Positions 41,311-53,480 of a stretch of DNA of 64,000 nt are shown here, one piece after another. Source of the stretch: the human T2T-CHM13v2.0 reference genome, Homo sapiens; the NCBI RefSeq assembly GCF_009914755.1, contig NC_060931.1; one strand, 5' to 3'. Positions within the stretch are counted from its first letter, which is position 1. Each line of letters opens with the position of its first letter. The notes beneath the pieces were generated by a model. It saw nothing but the letters and a program-made list of their open reading frames with translations, made no database searches and had not been told where the DNA came from. Both the position numbers and the translations under genes were made by a program.

Positions 41311-44300
41311 CCTGAAACCTGTGTGCTCCTGCTGGCCCACTGCCCACCTGCCCAGAGAGCACCAGGAGGGCACACACCTGGAGGCTCTGTCAGTGGCCCT
41401 GCCCACAAAGAGGTGGCATTGAACTCACATTGCTCTGACCAGGGATCAGTGAGTGACCAGGCTTCAGACTAGGCAGAGACTAAAAAACCTATTTCGCCCA
41501 GCTCTGTGCAAATTAAACAAAGGGAAAGACTGGAAAGACTGGACTAAACTATAAGGCATGTGCAAATATCACCTCTACAATTTCAAAAATGGAAAATGCA
41601 ATGCATTTGTTAATGCCATCACTAGGTGACTGTGAAGTAGAGTGGTCCCTTGAAGAAGCTCTGGCATCAGATGGACACTGGTTCAAATCCCAGCTCCATC
41701 CTGAGTCCACCCTTAGGGTTCTACCAACTGGTGCATTCACCTTGACCTTCAGCTTCCCCGCTATAAAATGAGGGTGTGGGTAGATGGTTCTATGTAAAGG
41801 TTGACCTGAGAATTAAATGGCATAGCACACGGGTGAGTGTCTTTATAGGCCCTGAGTAAACATCAATTTAATTTGGTTTCTGTTTAGATTTCCTGTTACC
41901 AGGAAAATTTAACAAATGAAAGAACCTGGTAAATCCTTCCTGCTGTTTTCAGCGTGTGAGAAGGAGGTGCTGATAAACGGCTTCTGCTCCGTGAGAATGA
42001 CAGAAACTACTCCTCCTCCCCACGATGGAAGGTGTTGTATGGCCATCAGCCCAGTCCCTCCCACGCCTGGCGGGCAGCCAGGACACACACTGCAGGGCCA
42101 CTCAGCCCAGAGCATGAGCCTACCCATTACGGTCACAGATTTCACGCTGCTAAGTCTATATGACTTCCCACACTCTTCTCCCTAAATCTGAGTTAAAATA
42201 AATTGGCACAATGACTTAAAAAAAAGCCCAATAATGAGTTGTAAAACAATTCTTCTAATCTAAATTAAAATGCTGTCAAAAAGTGCTTATTAATCAGTCT
42301 GAGGTGGAATCCTTCAGCTAGCTCCCTGCCCCGTATGCTAAGAACAGTACCTGATTAGAAGGCCCTGTACCAAATGGTAAGGCACAGGATAGTCCCTCTC
42401 CTGGGGGGAGGGTATGAATAATCCTATTTTATTAGTAGTAGAAATCTTAAAATAATAATAGATGCATTAAAAACAACAACTTTTCCATTACCATTGACTA
42501 AACACTCCATCTACGTCAGGCCCATTCTGAGCACTCAGAGCAGGGTCTCATCGAATCCTGACAGCCCAGGTGGCGTTCAACCACCTTCCTATTAATACAT
42601 GAAAGTACAGCCATGGGACAGAGAGAGTCCAATCCAACTGTGTCCAGTGCCAAAGACCAGGCTGGACTCTTGCTAAACTTCCTGCTACATACATAGGTAG
42701 TTTTCTACATCAGAAAATGCCCAATAAATGTTAAACGTACAGGAAAGGAATATGAAACATATCAAGTGAATTCCAAGATAGGACTGGTCAAGCTTCTGAA
42801 TCACTCTGTAGGAGCACAGATCTTCCTAAAGGTGCAGAGCTCTGGGTAGGCCATCCCAGGAGCTCCACAGACAACCCCCTGCACCTACACCTCCGTGGTC
42901 TTCAGTGGGGGCAGGAGAGTCAGCCTCAGGGGGAGGGAAGGAGAAGGGGCCTCTGGAACACACCGTTCCTATCCTGTTTTCTCATAAAGGGCTATCATTT
43001 TGCAAAAGGAAGAGCTTGAACTTCAGTCGGACAAAGGAGACGGCCGTTTCCCTTTATCTTTGAAGATGGGATCCCCATTCCACCATTTACTCTGTGTGTG
43101 TTCCTGGTCATGATATTCAGGCTGTTCAGTTTCCTGGTTTTACGTTTACAAAATGGAATGCTTCCTATCTTTCAAGGGAATGAAAGATACAAAGATGCCA
43201 TCCATTTTTCTCTTAAAGTTATGAGAACTAGAGAATATGGACATAAAGTACCCAGCTCATAGGCTCCAAGTAAGAGTACTCATAATTACTATTAAAGGCT
43301 CTTCCCATAGTGGACAGGGCCTTGCATCCGCTCCCTGGGCTCATCTCTTTACCGCCTGCCCTGTTCCTAGCAGTCCACTGCAGGCATGCACCTGCCCTGT
43401 GGCCTTGGCTTTTGTCTTTCTCTGCATCTCAGCTCCCTCACCTCCTCAACAGGTGCTGCCCTACCACCCTTTCCTCACTGAGTTTTTGTCCACAGTACAT
43501 ACTTGCATTCAGAAGAACTGCACCTTTACCCACTGGAACTCAGGCTCACTGAGGGCAGGGAGTTTGCTTTATTTTGCTCTCCCTTGCATTTCTAGCATTA
43601 GTGAACAGCCTCTGACACCCGGTGAATATTGAGTGACAGGCTAAAAGTTTGAGCTTTTTCACACATGACAAAATGTGGGGAGCTATTTTGGAAAGCTCAG
43701 CTGCCTTAGCAGGCAAAACAAGCAAACGAAGAACAATCACCAACCAAAACCAAACACACACACAGCCCACAAGGATCTGAAGGTAGAAGAGCCGTGCAGC
43801 GCTTGGCCACCTGCAACCCAGGTGTCCCCACTCTCTGGGCCTCTTCCCAGGCAGCACAGCCAGGTCCAGCCATCCGTGAGAGGCGGGAGCAGGGCAGCCA
43901 TCACTACTGACCTGGCTGGTCTCCAACTGATAATGAACACAACTGGAAAAATAACTGAAGTCACCCAATCTAAGGGTTCTAAATTCCAAAGAAAACAAAA
44001 GTCATGACCTAAAGGTTAGCCCATTTGCCCATGAAGCAGGAAGCATGGGCCAGAGATCCAGGGAACATTTGAACATTATCTGGCCACAGTGTGCTTGGAA
44101 CCAGGGGCACAAAGATTAATGAGACAGAGCCCTGGCAAACAGCAGCTGCAAGCAAATGGCACCATGCTATCTGCCATTTCCAGTCTCCTTTATCCTCCTG
44201 CCACCTGTGAGGCTGGCGTTTCGTTGCTCAAACCCACACAGCTCCAAGTGGCAGGGCTGGGTAAATATCTGTCTTCTGACCTCTGTATCGTCTATCTTCT

Positions 44301-45622
44301 CACCTATGAAACTGCTACCTCTACACTGGGCACATAGGAAAGAGCCTCATCTAAACACTTTCTGCCATTGCTATGCTTTCTAAGACTCAATGCAAAAGCT
44401 GCAGGATAAGAGCAATAAAAAGAGAATCCTGACTAGAAAAGACACCTAACAGAGGTGTGGAAGCAGGGTCACTGCATGGCTGACTGCCAGTCTCGCCAAT
44501 GAGAAACCAAACAGGAGCCCGCACCCTGCTGTTTGCAGCCCCCAAAGGCGCTGATCCATCATTAAAGAATACCCTCCTTAACTGATGAGAGAATGCTACT
44601 GATAATATGGTTCTGGTTTGGAAAAGTGATGTAGAAAGACCACAGAAATGACATAGCCAACTAAACTCCCATTTGTGGTTCCTGGACATGGGTTGTGGGT
44701 GGGGTTCCTGGTGCCCTGATGAGCTCCTAGGAGCAGGCAGGGTGAGGAGCCCCCACCAGATGAGGGAGGCTGCAGGGCTTTAAGTCTCCACTCTGTCTCT
44801 GGCACCTGATGTGCTATTAGGGCTGACACTGCTGTGAGGAGGTGGTGGGGTAAGGACAGAGTTCTAAAAGGTGGGGTCCTGCCACTCGTCTGCTCCTTCC
44901 ATCTTTTTATATCATTAAATAACATATTTTAACATTTTGCTTCCATCTCAAAGGGAGCATGGGGAAGTCTGAATCAACCCTCATTCTGCAAATTCAGAAC
45001 CTAATCTTAGAGTGGGAGGAAGTAACTTGCAGGGATGCCATAGCTCTTCAGCTGCGGATGCAGGAGGAGAACCTTTCCACATCTCAGTCCAGGGTAAATC
45101 ATCCCATTCGGTGTCCCCTTTCCCTTGCGTTGCCACCAGACCCAGCCAACCAGCATCAAGGACCTCCCCTCCCAAGGGAGGCTGTCCACTGTCTGGCAAC
45201 GATTTCCTGGTGGCCAGATCTTAGTTAAAAATCCAACAAACATAAATACAGCCCTGAATGACTTTCACTGCATGACATACCAGTGAGGTTTATCGCCTGG
45301 AAAAGGACCAGAAGGAAGAAAATACAGAGCATACATTCTTGTCTCCTTGGAGGACTTGCAGCAACAGACTTCCTCACCCACCTTCCCTGCAGGGGATCCT
45401 TCTCTTTCCAACCCAACCCTGCTACTGAAACGTGGCTTTCCCACAAGGAGGTAAGAGGGTTAAGAGGCACTCAGAAAGTATTTCAAAAGTCACCCAAAAA
45501 ATGGAGAAGACCAAAAAAATATATGAAAACATCCCTTCCATCCCGGTTGAAAACAGATTAGGCAATGCCCAACTGTGTTCCCCGGCATGCTAACAATCAG
45601 ATAGCCAAAGGGACAGCTGATC

Positions 45623-45687
45623 TCACACTTCAGCACCCTCCATCATCAATCACTCAGCAACCAAAAATATTCATCACTGATGTGTAA
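45623..45687 (-). ncRNA. Intronic box C/D snoRNA-like element (compact, apparently orphan; possibly the annotated SNORD151, not verified)
   Basis: Minus strand reads ttacac-atca-GTGATGA(C)-atatttttggttg-CTGA(D')-gtga-TTGATGA(C')-tggagggtg-CTGA(D)-a-gtgtga. The terminal stem ttacac/gtgtga pairs with one G-U. Same orientation as the host gene. Confidence 0.6.
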
Positions 45688-46580
45688 TCCACTGAACTGT
45701 CCACTGGCCCTGCTTCCAACAGAAGTTGGTTTGAAGCAAAGGAAGGACAAATCTGATAGATTTATGAAGCGACGTGGAACCTTTCCTTTTTCTAGGTATT
45801 GATGCTAAGAATCTCATGTTCTATTTTTGTGACAGGTGTGCTTAAAAAGTAACTTTTTCATTTCAAAAGAACTAACAGTATCCTCCCTGCAATTTTTTAG
45901 TTTCAAAGGAGAAACTAGAAAATTCTTCTCCATGAAAGTTGGTTAGAATTGACTAAGCACTTGCTATGATTGCTAGTCATAAACGGGGACTTAAAAGCAA
46001 TATTCAGCCCAGTCCTGATGATGTGCTGGAGAATGGACAAGCCCCCTTGGGGAACAGAGAGAGAAACAAGAGATGGAAAGGGTGGTGGGCACATTTCACG
46101 GCATCCGAATAGACAGATCAACAGAGGCAAGGGAAAGACGGAGCAGTGTGTGAGAAGAAAGGCATCCACTGATGCTGAAGCAGCCACCCTCAGGTGAGCC
46201 AGGTGAGGCTGCAGGAATTGGCATCTTCATCACCTGACAAACAGAGAGAATTCTGGAAACACCCCTCTCTTACAACTCAGCTGACCTCCTAAAGACAAGG
46301 CCACCGTGCAAGCTCCTCCCATGCGCCCAGCACACTGTTAGGCCCCAGGGATCCTACTCAATTCCCAAAGCAATCCTGTGAAGCAGGAAACGGGAAGTCC
46401 ATTTTACAGATGAGAAATCAGAGGCTGAGAGAGCCTGCACTAACATTAACGATTTTTTTTACAAGCCTACTGAATAGAATATCTGAAATTTAAACCAACC
46501 TCCCTCCACTCCAAAAAAAGATAAAATTCTAATCCTAGTCAATCACTTTTTATATTTCACAGATCAACTATCTAGATCAA

Positions 46581-46581
<1 letters not shown>

Positions 46582-46630
<49 letters not shown>
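46582..46630. repeat. (CA)n microsatellite
   Basis: Direct inspection, ~24 units. Confidence 0.95.
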
Positions 46631-46634
<4 letters not shown>

Positions 46635-47129
46635 CATATACACCTCACTCACTCTTCAGAGACTATTAAGTGCTTTGTGCTTTCCTCCCTAACTCCTAAA
46701 ATTATTCATTATCAGGAACAGACCCTTGTGGTGTCACAGCCGCTGCAGTGATGGTCACAGTTTTTGTTCCGTTTCTTAAAGCTAGTGCATTTCTATCCTC
46801 ACAGTTAGTGGATCGGGTGCTGTTCCTAGCATGGAGTCTTCAGTTCTCCCACACACCCATGGTACCAGCAGCCCCATCGGGGTCAGGAGCCATGGATATG
46901 CCAGAGGTCCTGCCTGTGCCTGGACCACCACAGGGAACAGGTAGCTTCTCCAGACACAGCCAGGAACCATCCTGTCCCTAGGTCACCCTCAAATGACTCA
47001 CTTGGGGCCGCCCAGCTGAATCAATTCACCATATCCAAACAGTCCCAATAAGTGGAGGCTTATTGGAATGATGTCTGCAGCTGCAAGTGCCCATGGTGGG
47101 CTCTGACAACCACAGCCCAGGGAAAATGC

Positions 47130-47480
47130 TGAAGACAGAGAGGCTTCGGTTTCAAAAACGAGTGCTCATCTGCAGGCAGTCTCCTGGAGGGGTCTCAAGG
47201 ACTATGCCGAGTGAACACTGCCAGACTCAAAGGGCTCGACTGTACGACTCCACATAGGTGACATTCTGGGGTGGAGACACTGTGTCTGGACACAAATGGG
47301 TGTGGTCGGGGCCAGGAGAAGAGTGGGGCTGCAAAGGGTGTGAGGGATGGTTTGGGCAATAGAAATATTTGCGTCTTGATAGTGGTGGGAGTGTCATGGC
47401 ATAATGTTTGTCAAACTCAGACTACTATATACTAAACAGAGCAAATTTTACTGCATGTAAATTGCATCTCAGTTAAAACA
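47130..47480 (+). mobile_element. Old L1M 3'UTR fragment
   Basis: aatagaaatattt..cttgatagtggtgg..tttgtcaaactca..aattttactgcatgtaaatt motifs. Confidence 0.65.
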
Positions 47481-47549
47481 ACCGTTGTGAGATCAAGACA
47501 AAAATGAGACTCACAGCAGACTAGACCCCAACCTGAGGTGGCTCCTCTT

Positions 47550-47730
47550 GATCTCCTCCCTTCCTTCCCTCTTCCTCTTTTTCCCCCTCCTCCCTTTCCT
47601 CCTCCTTCTCCTCCTCCCTTTCCTCCTCCTTCTCCTCCTCCCTTTCCTCTTCTTCTCCCTCCTCCCCTCCCTCCTTCTCCTTCTCCCCCATGCCCTCCTC
47701 CCCCTCTTCAAAGGCCTTCCCTCCTCTTCC
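47550..47730. repeat. CT-rich polypyrimidine/polypurine tract
   Basis: Almost purely C/T, with a ~24-bp repeated unit (ctcctccctttcctcctccttctc). Confidence 0.9.
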
Positions 47731-50700
47731 TAAATTCCATGAGACAATGGAAACCCTCTCTCCTTGGGATAACGATCATAGTCCCTTTGCGCCTCATTGT
47801 CACATAAAGCGTCTTTTGACATTTCCATTGGAGTGATTCATGTGCACACCTTCCCTCCCCTTCTAGAGGTTCTGGCATAATCCAGGCTTGAGTCCTGGCT
47901 TGATCATAGCTGTGTGACTTCAGATGAATCACTCCGCCTTTCTGTGCCTCACTGTCCTTGTCTGCAGAGAAGCAACCTGGAGAAGGGGGTGTTTGCTGAT
48001 ATCAGCTCCCAGGACCACTGGGATTCAACACAAAAGGCATGGCACACAGCAGGCATTGGGCAAACCCTCCTTTCTGTGCTTTCCCCCTCTCTGGTCAAGT
48101 GAAGAATTCCCAGAACTCACAAGTGATTCATGTGTGGACCCTCTGGGTGCAGAGCTGAGGGACAGAGGAGTGCTCCATGAACATCTAATCAGTGAGTACA
48201 CAGAACGCAGGTCCACTGACCTCCCGTCTCGAGAATTACACTGAGGAACTGTTCTCTAATATAAAGCTATGGTGAAAGATGGGTTTAAAAAAACGTATTC
48301 AGAAGTTCCCTAAGTCATTTTTTGATATGACTGAAATTGTCCCAGGCACCAACTTTGCTAACCATCCACCCAGTGCGACTTTATGGCCAAGCTGCCCAGC
48401 TCAGGATCTTACCAGCTGTAAAACAGTTTTCCCATCCCATACTTTGTTTGTTTCCTCGGTGACTGACAGCAATGATGGCAAAAGCAGCAGTAATAAGCTA
48501 ACTGGGCAACCACTGTCTTCCAAGCACTTCGTACCTATTGTCTCATTAGGCTCAAACCAAACCCAGAAGGGGTATGGATTCTCCTCTGCTTAACCCACAA
48601 GGTTAGGGGGATTGCAAGGGACCGAAGCATGTCCAAGTTTCATGGGGGGAGGGCTAAGGGTTTTCTGGCAGATTGTGTCATGCACACCCAGGGTTCCCAT
48701 CACTGCATCACATGACCTCCCCTCAGCAGTGAGAGAACATTTCTCCTGGATTTGCTAGGTCAACTGACACATGAGCCATGGCACCGGCGCTGGACTTGTG
48801 AGTTTTCCAGCAGACCATTCAGTTGATGGGTCTGGTGCTGCACAATGTGGAACAGCCAGTGGGGGTTTCAGTGCTGGTGAGGACAGGTGCTAAGGGACTG
48901 CCTGGATTTCAGGCTCCGGCGCATGGAAGAGTCCATCACCAAGCCAGGAGGGCTGAAAACTAGGCTGTGGCCCAGAGCACAAGGCAGGGTTGAATGGGGT
49001 TAACAATGAAGCAAGGGGCATTCTCACATTTGCGAGGAGGGGAGGTACGGGTAGCCCGGGCAGTGTCCCAAGGGTACCTGATCCCTGGAGGCCTGGTAGG
49101 GGCTGCAGACACCGAAAGACCTTCCCAGTCAGGAAGCGATATCTGAGCCAAGAGGTTCCTTCTCAAGGGGCGTTGTATTATCTTACCCATAGCATATGCA
49201 AAAATCACTCTCGTTTTTTCCATGTGGACATTTATAATTAGAGCATGTATAACCTCTCACTCAAACAAGGTCTGCTTTAATTTTATTACAATAGAATTCT
49301 GACTCTTTGCTAATTAATGATTTTTGGAGTTTTTATTAAATCATTTTCTATTCCACAGAAAATTCAAGAGCTAAGAAATGAGGACTACACTTGGGTCTTT
49401 GAGAACACTGCTTTTAATCTACTAAATCAGATACTCTATGATTTTGATATATTTCAAGACGCGATGAAATGTGCCCTTTTCCTCTTTTTTTATTTTTGTT
49501 TTTACAAAAAATAAAAGACGGTAATAAACTCTACTCTGTAGGGACAACTCTTTCTCTCCTTAGGCAGAATAACTCCATTCTAAGGCATTGCTCCCTTGGT
49601 GCATCAGTCTCACCTTGAGAGTTAACTCCTTCCCAAGCCCCCAAACCCAAATCACCCTCTGAGCTGCCAGGAGGGGAGGTGCCCAGCAGGAAAGAGGCTG
49701 CAGCGGCAGCACCAGGACACCTTGCTGAGACTGCCGGAGGGCGCTGGAAAATCCCTCCCTCTGAAGTAAAGCTGAGCTGCTTGCTCACGCTTTCTAAAAA
49801 TGAGGCAGACTGTAAATTCTTAGAGAAATATAGAGCAGAAAAAAAATTAACAAAAGCAAGAACCAGAGCAGAACCTTCCACACAGAAACGCCTGCCCAGC
49901 CACACACTGCCTCTCTGGGAAGGGAAGGCATCCCACTGCAGAGCAGGAGCGACTCAGGAGCTGGGCCAGATTCCAAGCGCTCCCGCGGTCTCCTGGGTGA
50001 GGCTCTGGAATGTGGCGATAAAGGAGCACTGTGCTCCGAGTGGGGCTGTGGCAGGCGTGTCACAGACGCCGCCAAGGTGCCCCCACAGCCGCACTGACAG
50101 CAGGGCAGGCCAGGGCGGCTCCCCGGGCAGACCTCTCACACCAGCACGCCGGTGCAGGCTCAGCATTCAGCAGGCGCCTATCTCAGGCCCCTGACTGGGC
50201 AGCTCAGTTCCCTTTTGGGCACTCCTAACTGAAAACACAGGGGCCCAAGCCCAGAGGAAAAGAGGAGGTCCTGTTGGCCTTATCTGAGGCCACCCACGCC
50301 GGCTGGCCACAGAGGCGGCCAGAGAGCTTGCAAACAGCATGTCAGACCATCACTGACTCTTCCCCAAAAAGAAGTCAGTAAGTTAAGACTCCTCCAGCTT
50401 GCAAACCAATAAAGGCATTCCTGGACAAGTCCTGAGCGACATTCCTTCTTGCCCGGTTAAAGCATCCGTTCTGCTGATTATTCCACTCCATAACGCCCTC
50501 TCCTCCTGGCTAGTACCAGCTCTTTTCCTCTGGAAGTCTTGGCAAGTTGGTAAATCTCAGCAGGCACACAGCTCAGTTTCAGGTCTTTGTAGCATTACAG
50601 AAGCCACACACATGCACACACACACTCACCACACAGGCACAGACACACATACACATATGCACGCGCGCGCACACACACACACACACAAATGCTCTCTGCT

Positions 50701-52515
50701 TACCTTCCTTCAAAACAGCCCAGCGGCTCTCTCAGTCTGCACCTCTGAGCCCAGTTTTCCTTGACACAGGCTTTCACAGCAGGACAGTGGCATGCCAGAG
50801 GAGGGCGGGGGCGTGCCACCTCCCTCCCAGGCACCTGGCCTCCCACTAGTGTAGAAGGTAAAAGATCTCCTTGGCTATGTAGGGACTTTGATTCCGCCAA
50901 AAAGGCCAGGGCAATGTAAATAAGAGGGTGGGGTTTGGTGCACTCAGGTTGAGTGAAATTTGAACTCCAGAGGCTGAAAGGTGGAGAAAGAAGCTCCTCC
51001 TGGGAGTCCCTCACCAGGTTTCTGCCTTCACTCCTGAGTGTTCTGAACTGACGTCCAGGAGCCAGCACCAACCCATGCAGCTTACAAAGCACAGTTTCAG
51101 CCTCCTTTTGCTTTCTTCAAAGTAACCAGGCGGAAAATCTTTGCCACACATGCTCCATCTCCTGGGAGCTGTCTCTCTGTCTTTTGTGCGGGATGTGGCT
51201 AAGAGTACAGCGTGAATGTTCACTGCACACAGCATATTTTGTGTGGTTAGCCCAGACCTCCACGTTCTGTGTTCAGTGTAGCAGATCCTTTTCATCTCAG
51301 CCTCATTACATTCAACGTAGGTGGGCTTCAGACAGTGGCTTACTCTTTGCTTTGGCTCAACATGGGCCACAATACCAACCACACACTTTTACTCTTTAAA
51401 TGAACAGAATATGACACAGCAAACAAGCAAAAGCCCGTTCTGATGCCTTCAGGTTCCCACAGCACAATGGAAACCCTTTTAAAAATCACCAATCAGCCAT
51501 CCAGGGGAGACAGGACATACCTGGGCTATAAGTGCACGCCGAGGGTAACAAATCTTTTAAATCACCCGAGATGGCCACATTGGCATATGTCGCTTACAGG
51601 AGGTTAAGGTAAAACTCAGCGCACCCTTGGGAGAAACAATCTCTTTTATGATGAGACATAATGCACTTATTGTGCAAAAAGTTCTATCAAATTTGGTATT
51701 CTTTAAAGGGTATTGGCTAACCCACCTTCCTATCAAGAGAACCGAAATTATTGTTACCATTCTGCAAATGATGTGATCACTGCAATAAAGGCAGTGACTA
51801 ATTTATCACAAAATACTTTGCTTTAAAGAATACACATCAAATGAAAAGAGATTAGAAGTAGTGAATACAACGCAATGAATGTCCGAGTCTCTCCTGAGCA
51901 CCGGGGTCTTTCCAAACTGTAGCTAACTGTATGTCTAGATATGGCTAGGGGGTCCCAGCCTCCTACAGGATACAAATCTTAAAATCAGACCACTGCATCA
52001 CAAAACTGTGCAAGAAAAGCAACGGCCAAGGTACCTTTATCCATTTCTAATGGAAAGAGGCAGCAGGATTAGTTGTATGTTCAAAAGGAGTGTTTCCTTT
52101 CATGTTGTTCTGGGTTGGGCTTGATTTGGGTGGGGTTGGGGTTTTTGTTGTTTTGTTTTTCGGTGGCTGAGGGCAAATTTTCTTCATGTGGATGACAGCT
52201 TTGTAAACGGGCTGCCATAAGCCTTTGTGAATATATGGCAACAGGCACCCACTGGTCTTCAGATCTTGTTTACGTAGCTGGCAGCCACTGAGCAGGCAGG
52301 CTCAGAACGCTCTCATTTTCTACAGGTTCCCTGCTAATGGGTCTTGATTATATGGAGCCTGTGCAGGCTGTTAGTATTAACCTTTCTTGAAACAACGTGG
52401 TCTTTTGAAGCTTTGCTGATGTTTGGCCAGAAGGCAGTTCTGTGGCTCAGAGTGTTTTGAAAGCCCCCAAGCCTTTTCACCCTGAAGGGTTGTAATTCTG
52501 TGCAGGAGGCTGGCC

Positions 52516-52780
52516 AGTCCACCCTTAGTATGTGCGGGGGATTGGTTCCAAGACACCAGCACCCCCCAGTCCCCCACCACCCCCTGTGAGTATACTAAAT
52601 CTGTACATACTCAAATCCTGCAGTCGACCTCGAGGAACCTGAGTATAGGAAAAGTGGACTCTCCATATACACAGATTTCTCATCCTAAATACACCGTATT
52701 TTCAATCTGTGTGTTGGCTGAAAAAAATCTGCATATAAGTGGACTCACACAGTTCAATTATCGTTCAAGGGACCACTGTG
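52516..52780 (+). mobile_element. MER2-like (Tigger) DNA transposon
   Basis: cagtc..cct..gtat..gcgggggattggttcca 5' end and gttcaaggg..cactg 3' end. Confidence 0.75.
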
Positions 52781-52999
52781 CAGCTAATGAAGAAAAGACT
52801 TGTTGAGTTTCCCGAATATCTCTGAAAATAGCAAGCGGGACAGGAGGTTGGCAGTATGTTTAGTGCCACTCCTATTTGGGACTCCCTAAAGGCAGAAGAA
52901 AATTCCAGAATGGGAAACCAATTAGAAGGATGAGAAAAGATGTGGAAATTTCAAAAAGTAGTGGGAAAGATTAGAGGTATAAGAATATCCTAGGGCCAA

Positions 53000-53480
53000 A
53001 ACACAGACAAGAATGTTCACAGGCAACGTTATTCATACTAGACAAAAAGTGTTACGAGCCCAAATGCACACCAGCTGACAAATGAATAGGCAGAGTGCGG
53101 TGTGTCCACACAGTGGCACACCACAGCCATGAAAGGATGGAGCGTAACAGGAATGCAGCTGGAACACAGGCTGAGTGAAAGAAGCGAATCACAGAAGGCC
53201 ACTCATTGCACGACTCCAGTGAGTGAGATGTCCGGAATGGGAAACAGAGAGAAGGAAAGTAGCTTCGTGGTTGCCAGGGGCTGAGGAAAGGAGGAACTGG
53301 GAGTGACCGCTAATGAGTACAGGGCTTCTTTTGGGGTGATGAAGATGTTCTGGAATTAGATAATGGCGACAGTTCCACAACCTTGTGAACGTACTAAAAA
53401 TCAATGCATCGTATACTTTAAAATGATTAGAATGGTAAATTTATGTGCTATGAATCTGATCTCAACAAATAAAAAGTAAG
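53000..53480 (+). mobile_element. Old L1 (L1MB/MC-type) 3' end
   Basis: ggttgccaggggctgagg..ggagtgaccgctaatgagtacagggcttcttttggggtgatgaagatgttctggaattaga. Confidence 0.8.
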
